From positions 64,115 to 128,114 of the forward strand of contig NDHX01000003.1 of the NCBI GenBank assembly GCA_013626165.1: a stretch of 64,000 bases of DNA. The letters run 5' to 3'. Shown piece after piece: positions 45,487 to 55,740 of the stretch (its first letter is position 1; every line of letters begins with the position of its first letter). The notes beneath the pieces were generated by a model. It searched no databases. It was not told the origin of the DNA and was given only the letters and a program-made list of their open reading frames with translations. The translations under genes were made by a program, and so were the position numbers. The stretch comes from Candidatus Velesiimonas alkalicola (GTDB lineage: Bacteria; Omnitrophota; Gorgyraeia; Velesiimonadales; Velesiimonadaceae).

Positions 45487-46046
45487 TATACCAGTGCCAA
45501 TTCTTTTTCTTTTGCTGCAAGCATTGTGTCTATCTTTTCTACTGCCTTATCGGTAAGTTTCTGTATCTGTTCCTGATACTTAAAATAATCGTCCTCGGTA
45601 ATTCTGTCATCTTTCTGTAGTGCTTTAAAATTTTCCATTGCTGCTCTTCTTGCGTTTCTTAGGGAAACTCTCATTTCTTCGGCTATCTTTCGGGCAAGCC
45701 TCGTCATCTCATCTCTTCTTTCTTTTGTCAATTGTGGAATTGTAAGTTTTATTACTTTACCGTCATTCACAGGCGTAATACCAATATCTGATTTTAATAT
45801 TGCACGCTCAATATCAGATATTGAACTTATGTCCCATGGTTGAATAACTATAAGACGAGGGTCAGGGATATTTATTGCTGCAAGCTGTTTTAAGGATGTC
45901 AATGTTCCATGATAATCTACTTTTATATCGTCCACAAGAACCCTGCTTGCACGACCAGTTCTTACAGTTGCAAACTGTCGTGCAGTTTCTTCATCTGTTT
46001 TCCTCATTTTATCTTCAGTTTCACGAATAATACCTGCTGTATCCAT
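45486..46046 (-). CDS. frr: Ribosome recycling factor
   Basis: 186 aa with an RRF pattern (RTGRAS, VIQPWD, LTKERR). Confidence 0.9.
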   Translation of the reverse strand: MDTAGIIRETEDKMRKTDEETARQFATVRTGRASRVLVDDIKVDYHGTLTSLKQLAAINIPDPRLIVIQPWDISSISDIERAILKSDIGITPVNDGKVIKLTIPQLTKERRDEMTRLARKIAEEMRVSLRNARRAAMENFKALQKDDRITEDDYFKYQEQIQKLTDKAVEKIDTMLAAKEKELALV

Positions 46047-46120
46047 ACCGCCACACCTCCTTAATAAAAAACACCCCCATTATCCTCTTTATTAGGGAAG
46101 AATTATCCAAAGAGTAAAAT

Positions 46121-46837
46121 CTACTTCACAATTGTCCCTATATCTTCACCTAATATAATTTTTTTAATGTTGCCAGGGATAAAAAGATTAAAGACTATTA
46201 TTGGAAGATTGTTATCCATACAAAGGGATATCGCAGTTGCATCCATTACTTTTAATTCTTTTTTAAGTACATCTATATATGAAAGTTTTTTATATTTTTT
46301 GGCGGTTTTATCTTTCATAGGGTCGGCAGAATATACGCCATCTACCTTTGTTCCTTTTAGAATAACATCTGCATTGATTTCCATAGCTCTCAGTGCCGCT
46401 GTTGTATCAGTTGTAAAATATGGATTCCCGGTCCCCCCTCCGAATATAATAACACGGCTTTTTTGAAAATGACTTATTGCCTTTCTTCTTATATATGGCT
46501 CTGCAATCTGCTGGATATGTATAGAAGTCATAAGTCTTGTATCTAGACCTAACCTTTCCATAGAATCCTGTAACGCAAGTCCGTTTATTATTGTCGCAAG
46601 CATCCCCATATAGTCGGCTGTGGCTCTATCCATACCGTTTTGTTCTGCTACCTTACCTCTGAATATATTGCCGCCTCCTATAACAATTGAAACATCTACT
46701 CCAAGCGAGTGGACATTCTTAATCTGCTGTGAAATGGAATTAACAACCACAGGGTCTATACCAAATCCTTCCTCGCCCTGCAGAGCCTCTCCGCTTAATT
46801 TTAATACAACCCTTTTATAAACAGCCTTTTTGCCCAA
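46121..46837 (-). CDS. pyrH: UMP kinase
   Basis: [11 protein letters not shown] and GGGN. Confidence 0.9.
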   Translation of the reverse strand: MGKKAVYKRVVLKLSGEALQGEEGFGIDPVVVNSISQQIKNVHSLGVDVSIVIGGGNIFRGKVAEQNGMDRATADYMGMLATIINGLALQDSMERLGLDTRLMTSIHIQQIAEPYIRRKAISHFQKSRVIIFGGGTGNPYFTTDTTAALRAMEINADVILKGTKVDGVYSADPMKDKTAKKYKKLSYIDVLKKELKVMDATAISLCMDNNLPIIVFNLFIPGNIKKIILGEDIGTIVK

Positions 46838-46855
46838 TACTGTTTCCTTCTTTCT

Positions 46856-47452
46856 TTACACTTCTTCTCCGACCTGAAATCGGACAAACCTTCTTATTAA
46901 AATGTTTTCTCCAATCTTTCCCACTATCTCACCAAGAAGGTCTTTTATTTTTTTATTTGGATCTTTTACGTATGGCTGCTCAAGAAGACACTTTTCCTCA
47001 TAAAACTTTTGCAATCTCCCTTCAATGATTTTATCTATAGCCACCGCCGGTTTATTCCCCGATATTTGTGCTTTCAGTATTTCTTTTTCCTTTTCACAAA
47101 CATCAGAAGGAATATCTTCTTTTTTTACATATAACGGAGCACTTGCTGCAACCTGTAAGGTTATATCCTTAACAAAGGACTGGAATTCCTCGTTCTTTGC
47201 GACAAAATCTGTTTCACAATTTATTTCTACAAGAACACCTAACTTACCATTGTGATGAATATATGATGCAACCATACCCTCTTTTGTTGTTCTTCCCGAC
47301 CTTTTAGCAACAAGAGCAATACCCTTCTTTCTTAATATTTCTATTGCAAGATTTATATCTCCTCTTGATTGGTCTAATGCCTGTCTGCAATCACCAACCC
47401 CTGCGCTTGTCTTAAAACGAAGCTCTCTGATCTGTTCCAGTGTATCTGCCAT
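46856..47452 (-). CDS. tsf: Elongation factor Ts (short form)
   Basis: IRELRFKTSAGVGDCRQAL. Confidence 0.9.
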   Translation of the reverse strand: MADTLEQIRELRFKTSAGVGDCRQALDQSRGDINLAIEILRKKGIALVAKRSGRTTKEGMVASYIHHNGKLGVLVEINCETDFVAKNEEFQSFVKDITLQVAASAPLYVKKEDIPSDVCEKEKEILKAQISGNKPAVAIDKIIEGRLQKFYEEKCLLEQPYVKDPNKKIKDLLGEIVGKIGENILIRRFVRFQVGEEV

Positions 47453-47545
47453 AATCTACGATATCCTCCTCGTTGTTTGAGCCCGTTGCACAACCACATT
47501 TCTACTCAGGTACCCTTTGGGTGTGTGAGCGGTTATGCAACAGAC

Positions 47546-48397
47546 TTATATTTTTGTTTTATTTTTTCTGTCTTGTTTTTCTTTCCACCGATATGGGCTT
47601 TTCTTAAAAAAAGGCTTTTTTGCTTTTTCTTCTGTTATTTCTTCTTCAATGTTTGCACTGTGTTTTGTTTCTTCTATTGAAGATGATACTTCTTTTGCAG
47701 GGTGTGTTTCTTCAAAAACCCTTTTACCTTCTAATACTGCATCTGCAAAACATGATAGCAATGTTTTGACAGAACGCATTGCATCATCATTGCCCGGAAC
47801 AGGATATTTAATGGGCTCTGGATTAGCATTTGTATCAACAACTCCAACAACCGGGATACCTAAACTGTTTGCCTCTTTTACTGATAAAACTTCCTTGTTA
47901 ACATCAATAATACACAAAACAGATGGAAGCCTATTCATAGAAACAATACCACCCAGTGTTTTTTCTATCTTTTGTCTTATCCTAACAAATTTTAAAATCT
48001 CTTTTTTCGTATACTGATTTTTCCTTTCATCCGTCTCAATACCCTGCAAGTTGTTGTACTGCTTCATAGATTGACGAATAGTTTCGAAGTTTGTTAAAAG
48101 ACCGCCTGGCCAACGATTGCTTATATAAAATACGCCGCACCTTCCGGCCTCTTCCTCAACAATTTGTTTTATCTGTCTTTTAGTTCCGACAAAAAGTATG
48201 TCCTCCCCTTTCTCTGCTATACTTTTTAAAAAATTCATTGCAACTAAAAGTTTTTGATGCGTTTTTTGCAAATCTATAATATGGATACCTTCTCTTTCTC
48301 CAAAGATGTACTGTTGCATCTTTGGATTCCATCTTTTGGTCTGGTGCCCGAAATGAACCCCCGCTGCAAGTAATTCTTTTACTGTAATCTGTTCCAT
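47546..48397 (-). CDS. rpsB: 30S ribosomal protein S2 (with K/E-rich C-terminal extension)
   Basis: LLAAGVHFGHQTKRWNPKM. Confidence 0.95.
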   Translation of the reverse strand: MEQITVKELLAAGVHFGHQTKRWNPKMQQYIFGEREGIHIIDLQKTHQKLLVAMNFLKSIAEKGEDILFVGTKRQIKQIVEEEAGRCGVFYISNRWPGGLLTNFETIRQSMKQYNNLQGIETDERKNQYTKKEILKFVRIRQKIEKTLGGIVSMNRLPSVLCIIDVNKEVLSVKEANSLGIPVVGVVDTNANPEPIKYPVPGNDDAMRSVKTLLSCFADAVLEGKRVFEETHPAKEVSSSIEETKHSANIEEEITEEKAKKPFFKKSPYRWKEKQDRKNKTKI

Positions 48398-48416
48398 CTG
48401 TTTTTAACCCTCTTTA

Positions 48417-48743
48417 TTATTGCTTTAAAATATCTTCTATCTTTCTTTTTATTTCACCTATATTAACAAGCCCGACACTTCTTGTAACTTCTTTGGAACT
48501 TTTAAAAAATATAAGTGTGGGAACTGACATTATACCATACCTTGATGCAAGTGTCTTGTTTTCATCAATATTTATTTTATATACATTTAACTTTCCTTCA
48601 AATTCTTTTGCCACCCGGTCTATTATAGGAGACATCATCTTACAGGGACCACACCAGGGGGCAAAAAAATCAATCAGCACCGGTGCCGAATTAGAGATAA
48701 CCGATTCAAAATTTGTTTCATTTAATTCTTTTACATCTGACAT
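48417..48743 (-). CDS. trxA: Thioredoxin
   Basis: WCGPC active site. Confidence 0.9.
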   Translation of the reverse strand: MSDVKELNETNFESVISNSAPVLIDFFAPWCGPCKMMSPIIDRVAKEFEGKLNVYKINIDENKTLASRYGIMSVPTLIFFKSSKEVTRSVGLVNIGEIKRKIEDILKQ

Positions 48744-48773
48744 ATATCCTCCTTGTCCTGTACAACAAGTTTT

Positions 48774-49589
48774 TTATGCAAAATTATTTACACTTATGTC
48801 CTGTGTGATGATATGCCGGGGACAGGCTTTGACACATTCTAAACATTCTGTGCATTTCTTATAATCAATTACAGCAAGATTATCTATAACATGTATTGCA
48901 TCAAATGAACAAACTTTTTCACATTTTTTGCAGGCAATACAACCGACAGAACAAACATGAACAACAACATTACCCCTGTCATGCGAGGAACATCTGACTT
49001 TTACATGCTTTTCCTTTAAAATAAGATGAACAACATTTTTGGGGCATATTTTTATACATTTCTGACAGGCTCTGCACTTATTCGTATCTATGATTGGAAG
49101 CCCTTCTTCTTTCATTTTTATGGCATTAAACGGACAAACCGTAACACAGGTACCTTTCCCAAGACAGGCAAACCTGCACTGTTTTTGTCCCCCTAAAAGC
49201 AAGGATGCGGCCCTGCAATCTTCTATTCCCTGATACTGCATCCTGTTTTTTGCATTTATTCCGCCATAACAAAAAAGCGCAGCAACCATCTGCTGTCGCT
49301 TTGTTCCAGTAGAGGGAAGCAATCCTAAAAATTCTGCAATCCGATTTACAACATCTTCTCCACCCGGAACACAGGAACTTGCATCTGCTTTTCCCTGAAG
49401 TATCGCCTCTGCAAGAGAATGACAACCTACAAAGCCGCAGGCACCACAGTTAGAGCCAGGAAGGATAGACATAATCCTCCCCAGCCTTATGTCTTCAGAT
49501 ATTAGAAGCCGCTGTGAAGCAATGGTAAGTCCGATCCCAAATAACAAACCGAGTGTTCCTATTGTTAGTATTGAAAAAACAATTATCAT
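48774..49589 (-). CDS. rnfB: Rnf electron-transport complex subunit B
   Basis: N-terminal TM, then a CxxC...C cluster, then multiple 4Fe-4S ferredoxin motifs (CxxCxxCxxxCP). Confidence 0.8.
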   Translation of the reverse strand: MIIVFSILTIGTLGLLFGIGLTIASQRLLISEDIRLGRIMSILPGSNCGACGFVGCHSLAEAILQGKADASSCVPGGEDVVNRIAEFLGLLPSTGTKRQQMVAALFCYGGINAKNRMQYQGIEDCRAASLLLGGQKQCRFACLGKGTCVTVCPFNAIKMKEEGLPIIDTNKCRACQKCIKICPKNVVHLILKEKHVKVRCSSHDRGNVVVHVCSVGCIACKKCEKVCSFDAIHVIDNLAVIDYKKCTECLECVKACPRHIITQDISVNNFA

Positions 49590-50116
49590 TTTTCTACACT
49601 TTTTAAGAATTCTTCAACAGATTTTTTTACTGACTCAACAACCGCACGAGAAGATATTGTTGCGCCTGTTATGGCTTGGATATTATCAAGGCTTAATTCA
49701 CATATTTTTTTCCCATCAAACTGCCCAACAAACCATGCTTGAGTTATCCCTGCTCCAAGTCCGGGGGTCTCTTTATGCTCAAATATTCTTATATTAAATA
49801 TTATGCCATCTTTTGAAAATCCGACTAATATCTTAATGGGTCCTCTGAAACCACGCCCTTGAGCATATATTGCATATCCTATAGATTGTGCTGTTTCAGA
49901 AAATCCTTCAAAATATTGTTTTCCGAAAGAAGTGTTTTTCAATTGATATGAATGAGCGCCCGGAAGAATTGATAAAATCATAGCCTTTTCCCTTGCCTTT
50001 TGGTTTGATATAACGGTCTGGATTGTTATAACCTGCGTAAGTGCAAGTGACCCTGATGCAATAATAGATATGATAAAAAGTATTATCACCGGCTTGTATT
50101 CTCTAAATATTTTCAT
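49586..50116 (-). CDS. rnfG: Rnf subunit G (FMN-binding)
   Basis: N-terminal TM. Covalent-FMN threonine motif ITGATISSRAV. Confidence 0.75.
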   Translation of the reverse strand: MKIFREYKPVIILFIISIIASGSLALTQVITIQTVISNQKAREKAMILSILPGAHSYQLKNTSFGKQYFEGFSETAQSIGYAIYAQGRGFRGPIKILVGFSKDGIIFNIRIFEHKETPGLGAGITQAWFVGQFDGKKICELSLDNIQAITGATISSRAVVESVKKSVEEFLKSVEK

Positions 50117-51075
50117 AACGCCATCTTTCTTTTGATTGTGCCAAACACTCTGTCTTGCGTTAGACGGTCAATCAACGGGACAAGACAATTCATAAGAAGT
50201 ATTGAGTATGCAACACCTTCAGGAAAACCACCAAATTCACGAATAATAAATGTTATAAACCCGCATCCAAAACCAAAAATAATCTTGCCCCGCTCTGTAA
50301 GAGGACTTGTTACATAATCCGTTGCCATAAATATTGCACCCAATATTACTCCACCTGCCATTAGATAAAATAAAGGATTCATTTTAAATATTTCATCACC
50401 TGCAAATAACCAACCCAAAATTCCCAGAGTAAAAATAAATGTTACCGGTATATGCCAGGTGATGATATTTTTATATACAAGGAATATACCCCCAAGGGCA
50501 AGAAGTATTATTGCAGTTTCACCGATACAGCCGGCTCTGTTTCCCACTAACATATCAAAAATGTTCGGGATGGGTTTTTGTAAGTTCAATTTTTCTATGG
50601 CAAGCGGTGTTGCAGAAGATATCGCATCAAGCGAAAAAGGGCTAACCCATGAGGTCATCTGCTTTGGCCAAGAGGTTAATAAAAAAACTCTTCCAGCAAG
50701 AGCGGGATTAAATATATTACAACCTAATCCTCCAAATGCCTGTTTGGCAATTGCAATAGCAAAAAAAGAACCCACAGCAGCCATCCAGACTGGAAGAGAA
50801 GCAGGCAAACTAAAGGAAAGCAAAAGTCCTGTTAAGATAGTGCTTCCATCTGAAATTGTTATGGGGACTTTTCTTATTTTTTGTATCACTGCTTCTGTTA
50901 AAATACAAACAACTGTGCAGGTTAACATCAATATCAGTGCATTAAAACGAAAATACCATACCCCTGCAATCCCAGCAGGAATAAGTGCGGCAATAACAGT
51001 AAACATTATACCTTGCACACTTGCACCTGAGTGTATGTGCGGAGATGATTTCACATAAAAAGATTTTTCCTTCAT
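50113..51075 (-). CDS. rnfD: Rnf subunit D
   Basis: Polytopic membrane protein with the RnfD/NqrB motif GGLGCNIFNPALAGRVF. I prefer the start at MKEKSF; the ORF extends to 51171. Confidence 0.8.
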   Translation of the reverse strand: MKEKSFYVKSSPHIHSGASVQGIMFTVIAALIPAGIAGVWYFRFNALILMLTCTVVCILTEAVIQKIRKVPITISDGSTILTGLLLSFSLPASLPVWMAAVGSFFAIAIAKQAFGGLGCNIFNPALAGRVFLLTSWPKQMTSWVSPFSLDAISSATPLAIEKLNLQKPIPNIFDMLVGNRAGCIGETAIILLALGGIFLVYKNIITWHIPVTFIFTLGILGWLFAGDEIFKMNPLFYLMAGGVILGAIFMATDYVTSPLTERGKIIFGFGCGFITFIIREFGGFPEGVAYSILLMNCLVPLIDRLTQDRVFGTIKRKMAL

Positions 51076-52379
51076 TTCTTGTCTCTTAAAAGCATTTTCC
51101 CGAACTTGAGCCAGTGCACAAGTGGGATATGTGAAGGACAAACAAAATCGCAACACCCGCACTCTATGCAATCTATTACATTGTACCTTTTTGCCAGATC
51201 AAGGTTTTCTTTTTTTATAAAACCTGCAAGAAGTGTAGGAGATAACATTATAGGGCAGGACCTTATACAACGGCCACATCTTATACACCGCATTTCTTCT
51301 TGTTGATGCACATCTTCTTTTGTAAGAACAAGAATTGCCGATGTTCCTTTTATAACAGGCGTGTCCATTGTATGCTGGGCAATCCCCATCATAGGACCAC
51401 CGCTTACAATTGAGTATGCATCTTCGGTTAATCCTCCACACTGTTCTATGCAATCCTTAAATGTTGTTCCTATTCTTACTCTTAAATTAGAAGGATTTTT
51501 AACTCCCTTTCCGGTTACCGTAACAATTCTTTCATAAAGAGGTTTCCCCTCATCCAGTGCCTGATGAACCGCAAAACAGGTTCCGACATTCTGCACCACA
51601 ACGCCCACATCCATTGGAAGCCCGCCCCCCGAGGGTACCTCTTTTCCTGTGAGTGCAAATATCACCTGTTTTTCCGCTCCCTGTGGATACATAACAGGAA
51701 GAACCTTTACCTGTATATCCAGCCCGTCGAAAGAGATGTTTTTTGACATAGAGTCTAAACATTCTTTTTTATCGTCTTCTATTGCAAGAATCGCTTTATT
51801 TACACCCAATGCTTTTGCCATCCATCGGACACCTTTCCATATCTGCTTGGGGTTTTCAAGCATTAGCCTGTAATCTGATGTAATATATGGCTCACATTCG
51901 GCACCATTTATTATGAGAACCTCTATTTTTTTTTCATGCGGTGGACTTAATTTTACATGCGTAGGAAAACCCGCTCCTCCCATACCGACAACACCTGCCT
52001 GCTGTATCCTTTTTCTTATTGTATGAACATCAGAGGTCTGAAAATTAGATTTTTCAAATTTTTCAGATTCTTCTTTCCCGTCATTTTCAATCCATACGCC
52101 ATCATAACAGTCAAAGACAGGATGATTCCATTTTTCTATTTTTAATACCTTCCCGGATATGCTTGAATGAATACTTGCGCCCACAAACTTATCGCACCTG
52201 CCTATTGTGGTTCCTTTTTTTACAGAGTCTGCCACCTGCACAACATTTTCACAAGGGACACCCATATGCTGAACAAGGGGTATAAATACCTTTGATGGAA
52301 TTTGAGCGTTCTTTATCTGTAAAGATCTTGTTAATTCTTTATTTGTTTTAAGGTGCACACCGCCACGAAAATAAGACAA
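51072..52379 (-). CDS. rnfC: Rnf subunit C
   Basis: NADH/FMN-binding GAGGAGFP, and two 4Fe-4S motifs CIRCGRCIRSCP and CIECGCCDFVCP. Confidence 0.85.
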   Translation of the reverse strand: MSYFRGGVHLKTNKELTRSLQIKNAQIPSKVFIPLVQHMGVPCENVVQVADSVKKGTTIGRCDKFVGASIHSSISGKVLKIEKWNHPVFDCYDGVWIENDGKEESEKFEKSNFQTSDVHTIRKRIQQAGVVGMGGAGFPTHVKLSPPHEKKIEVLIINGAECEPYITSDYRLMLENPKQIWKGVRWMAKALGVNKAILAIEDDKKECLDSMSKNISFDGLDIQVKVLPVMYPQGAEKQVIFALTGKEVPSGGGLPMDVGVVVQNVGTCFAVHQALDEGKPLYERIVTVTGKGVKNPSNLRVRIGTTFKDCIEQCGGLTEDAYSIVSGGPMMGIAQHTMDTPVIKGTSAILVLTKEDVHQQEEMRCIRCGRCIRSCPIMLSPTLLAGFIKKENLDLAKRYNVIDCIECGCCDFVCPSHIPLVHWLKFGKMLLRDKK

Positions 52380-52399
52380 TCCTACCTCCGTTACATCCG

Positions 52400-53422
52400 T
52401 TATCTTTCAACGATTGTTTCTTCTACCTGGATACCAAAATGCCTTCCGGATTTTTCTATATATACAAGCACATTATCACCCGGTTTTAATTTTGTCACCG
52501 ATACAGGTTCTCCGCTCTCACAGGTAAGATTAATTGTTTCGGCATTCTGAAGGATAAGGGATATTGGGCTTTCTAATACTTTTGCTTCAATAAGAAGCAT
52601 AGGCCTTGTTTCTATCTTTATTCTTCCCACAGATGCGAGCCTGTTTTTTCCCTTATAATCAACAATTAAAACCTCATCGCCTGATTTTAGTTCGGAAAGA
52701 TACATTGTTTTACCCCAAGAGGTTATACAATATGCATGCACACCACCTGCATTGACACGGAAAGGACGGGAAGCCACATATGGATTCTCTTCTGTTTCAG
52801 CATGGACAAGAAAAAAACCTGATGAGGTATTGCCCACAAGTATTCCCTCGCCTTTTTTCATTATGGAGGTTGTGTCTATACAAACCCTGTCTCCTATACC
52901 AATGGCACGGGTAGATACAACCTGGGCCTTTTGAATCTGTAAAGAAGGTGAGATCTGTTTGATAAAAGAAATTGTCTTTTTTATTTCTCCTATATCAGAA
53001 TTCACAAGAACAATCCCGGCAACCCCTTTTTCAAGGATGTGAAGACAAAGCCTTGCCTGTTCAAAATCCTTAACTTCTGCAAATATGGATTCAGACCGGG
53101 CAACAAGATTTTCAAGGGGTATAACTGTCCAATCCGGAGTGCTTACAATTACAGTTTTTGTCCTGGAAAGTGTTAGTGCCTTTTTTTCATCTTCTTTGCT
53201 ATCAATCACAACCCTTTCAACATCCACATCAGGCTTTAAATCTCCGTCAGAAGAGATAACCTGTATTTTCCCTAATTCTCTGACTTTTTGAGTATAGCCA
53301 CAGGGGAGCACTACGGCATCTGCTCCTGATTCAAGGCTTGCAATAACAGCATCCTTATCCCACTTTTCAATTTTTATCCATACTTTTTTTTGTTGCATAT
53401 AACCCTTTAACCCTGATTCCAC
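52400..53422 (-). CDS. 3-dehydroquinate synthase II (archaeal-type, AroB')
   Basis: About 330-aa NAD-dependent DHQ synthase II pattern, adjacent to the AroA'-type aldolase gene (separated only by a repeat-C element). The start may be at internal Met 9. Confidence 0.55.
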   Translation of the reverse strand: MESGLKGYMQQKKVWIKIEKWDKDAVIASLESGADAVVLPCGYTQKVRELGKIQVISSDGDLKPDVDVERVVIDSKEDEKKALTLSRTKTVIVSTPDWTVIPLENLVARSESIFAEVKDFEQARLCLHILEKGVAGIVLVNSDIGEIKKTISFIKQISPSLQIQKAQVVSTRAIGIGDRVCIDTTSIMKKGEGILVGNTSSGFFLVHAETEENPYVASRPFRVNAGGVHAYCITSWGKTMYLSELKSGDEVLIVDYKGKNRLASVGRIKIETRPMLLIEAKVLESPISLILQNAETINLTCESGEPVSVTKLKPGDNVLVYIEKSGRHFGIQVEETIVER

Positions 53423-53427
53423 AGATT

Positions 53428-53525
53428 AAAAAGCAGATTACACAGATTAACCAGGTCTTTAATCTGTGTAATCTTTTCAAAATCTGTGTAATCAATAAAA
53501 CGCAAGTATTTAATGCGTTTTATAT
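53428..53525. repeat. Palindromic repeat, family C copy 1 (ccctgattccacagattaaaaagcagattacacagattaa ... taatctgtgtaatc), with an embedded terminator-like hairpin aaaacgca-agtattta-tgcgtttt
   Basis: Matches 60508-60597. The internal inverted repeats are cagattacacagatt / aatctgtgtaatc. Confidence 0.7.
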
Positions 53526-53538
53526 TGTGGACCATCCC

Positions 53539-54333
53539 CTATTCTTTTAACATCTTTAATGCATCTTTTATCGGCAGATTTTTATGGACCATCTGTCCTA
53601 TTACCTGGACGATTTTTGTCGGGTCTTTATGCTGAAATGTGTTCCTGCCTATTGAAACACCTGCACCACCTGCAATAAGACTTCCATCTATCATTTTCAA
53701 TAACTGCTCATCCGTTTCAACCTTTTCACCTCCTGCAATCACAACAGGTACCGGGCATCCCTCTACAACCTCCTTAAAACTTTCAGGACTTCCTGTGTAA
53801 TTTATCTTTACAATATCAGCCCCCAATTCTGAACCCACGCGGGCAGCGTGTCGGACATATTTAACCTCAAACTCACTTGTAATCTTTTTCCCTCTTGTGT
53901 ACACCATTGCAATGAGTGGTATCCCAAACCTCTGACAATCTTTTGCAACCGCCCCAAACTGTGCAAGCATGTGTGGTTCTGTGCTTGCACCTAAATTTAT
54001 ATGAATAGATACTGCATCGCCACCAAGAAATATTGCCTCTTCAACACTGCAAACCAGTGTTTTTGAATTTGGGTCAGGTGAAAGAGAAGTGCTTGCAGAA
54101 AGATGTATAATAAGTCCTATATCTTTTCCGGAACCTCTGTGCCCTGCTCTTACAACGCCTTTATGAACAATAACCGCATTTGCACCGCCATCTGCTATCC
54201 TGTCTATGGTTTGTTTCATATTTACAATACCTGAGATAGGCCCAAGTGTAACACCATGATCCATAGGAACAATAACTGTTCTGCCTGAAACCCTGTTCAT
54301 AATCCGTTCTAACCTTATCATTTTTCCTACCAT
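53539..54333 (-). CDS. 2-amino-3,7-dideoxy-D-threo-hept-6-ulosonate synthase (AroA', class I aldolase DhnA family)
   Basis: [13 protein letters not shown], a Schiff-base lysine region, and the DhnA/FbaB class I aldolase pattern. I chose the start at MVGKMIRLE with RBS gggagg; the ORF extends to 54495. Confidence 0.55.
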   Translation of the reverse strand: MVGKMIRLERIMNRVSGRTVIVPMDHGVTLGPISGIVNMKQTIDRIADGGANAVIVHKGVVRAGHRGSGKDIGLIIHLSASTSLSPDPNSKTLVCSVEEAIFLGGDAVSIHINLGASTEPHMLAQFGAVAKDCQRFGIPLIAMVYTRGKKITSEFEVKYVRHAARVGSELGADIVKINYTGSPESFKEVVEGCPVPVVIAGGEKVETDEQLLKMIDGSLIAGGAGVSIGRNTFQHKDPTKIVQVIGQMVHKNLPIKDALKMLKE

Positions 54334-54637
54334 TTTAACCTCCCTGCTTGCCGTCCGTCTCAACCTTAATTTTTTACCTTTACCCCTTATGCCTGTCATC
54401 AAATTCCAAGTTCCAAGAAACACACCCAAAAGGTACCAGAAATCCCAAACAAACATAAATTTCCACATTAAAAATTCAAACCATAATCCACCCACCCTTT
54501 TTTACAAAAAGAGGGAGGAAATTTTTACCTCTTTCGGGGACACCCTCTGGGGTGAGGATAGAGAGATTTTTTCCTCTCTTTTAAAAGAGAGGTTAGGAGA
54601 GATTATGTTTTCCCTGTTACCAGTTACCAGTCAGCTG

Positions 54638-55738
54638 TCATCTGTTTTTTATGAACTCTTCTAAATATTTTATGAATAGTCTATTTTCTTGTTGAAGCCC
54701 CACTGTAATTCTTATACAGTTTTCAAGCCCCCAACCTGACATATCCCTTACAATTATTCCTTTTTTAAGAAGAAAATCATAAACCTCTTTCCCCTGAAAA
54801 TCAAATATTAAAAGTATAAAATTTGTCTGGCTTTGGACAAACCTGATATTCAGCCTTTCAAGTTCTTTATAAAGATAAGACTTTTGTTCAGATATAAACT
54901 TTCTTACTTTTTGGACATATTTTTTATCTTTTAAAGATTCTGTTGCCCCTATCTGGGCAAGGTTGTTCACATTGAATGGCTCTCTTACTCTGTTTAATAC
55001 ATCTGTAATATCAGGATCAGATATTGCATAACCAATTCTTATTCCTGCAAGGCTATAGATTTTTGAAAATGTCCTCATTACTATGATAGGGTATGATCTT
55101 ACCATATCAACGGTCTTAAAAGGATAGTCCTTTGCGCATACAAACTCCCTGTATGCCTCATCTAAAACAACAATTATACTGTTTGGAATTTTTTTTAAAA
55201 AACCTTTTAGTTCCTTTTCAGTAATATAACTTCCGGTCGGATTGTCGGGGTTCGCAATAAATATAATTTTTGTCTTATCTGTTGCCGCACCTGCCATAGA
55301 AGGCAAATCATATCTATAGTTTTTAAGAGGGACAAATTTCAGTTTTGCCCCCTGAATAAGACTTGCTATTTTATAAACAAGAAATGTAGGCTCTGCAATT
55401 ATTACCTCTTCGTCTTTTTTTAAGAAACCCATCAATGTAAGAACAAGAATTTCATCCGAACCATTGCCGAATGTAAACATATTACCGGGAACTTTAAGAG
55501 TTTTTGAAAGTGCCAATCTTAAATAATAACAATCCCCGTCAGGATAGCGATTGATTGAAGATAATCCTTGTTCTAATGCCCTTAAAACATTTTTAGGGGG
55601 AAGAAAAGGGCTTTCATTTGAGGCAATCTTTATAACATTCTTTAAACCCATCTCCCTTTTTAATTCATCAATGGGCTTCCCCCCCTTATACGGCTTACAG
55701 GCAAGAACATTTTCTTTTGCAATCTTTTTTATATCCAT
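54638..55738 (-). CDS. hisC: Histidinol-phosphate aminotransferase family (class II aminotransferase)
   Basis: NESP, IANPDNPTG, DEAYREF, and PLP-lysine context RTFSKIYSLAGIRIGY. Confidence 0.8.
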   Translation of the reverse strand: MDIKKIAKENVLACKPYKGGKPIDELKREMGLKNVIKIASNESPFLPPKNVLRALEQGLSSINRYPDGDCYYLRLALSKTLKVPGNMFTFGNGSDEILVLTLMGFLKKDEEVIIAEPTFLVYKIASLIQGAKLKFVPLKNYRYDLPSMAGAATDKTKIIFIANPDNPTGSYITEKELKGFLKKIPNSIIVVLDEAYREFVCAKDYPFKTVDMVRSYPIIVMRTFSKIYSLAGIRIGYAISDPDITDVLNRVREPFNVNNLAQIGATESLKDKKYVQKVRKFISEQKSYLYKELERLNIRFVQSQTNFILLIFDFQGKEVYDFLLKKGIIVRDMSGWGLENCIRITVGLQQENRLFIKYLEEFIKNR

Positions 55739-55740
55739 TC

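Noticed and set aside
42719-47500. Recurrent 16-mer cccgttgcacaacggg-like motif at 42719, 45131 and 47481, possibly an operator
   Set aside because: The clearest copy is simply the stem of the tRNA-Glu terminator. The other two are partial, so the evidence for a shared protein-binding site is weak.
47535-48017. 160-aa plus-strand ORF
   Set aside because: It is antisense to rpsB.
50459-51058. 199-aa plus-strand ORF
   Set aside because: It is antisense to rnfD and has no motif.
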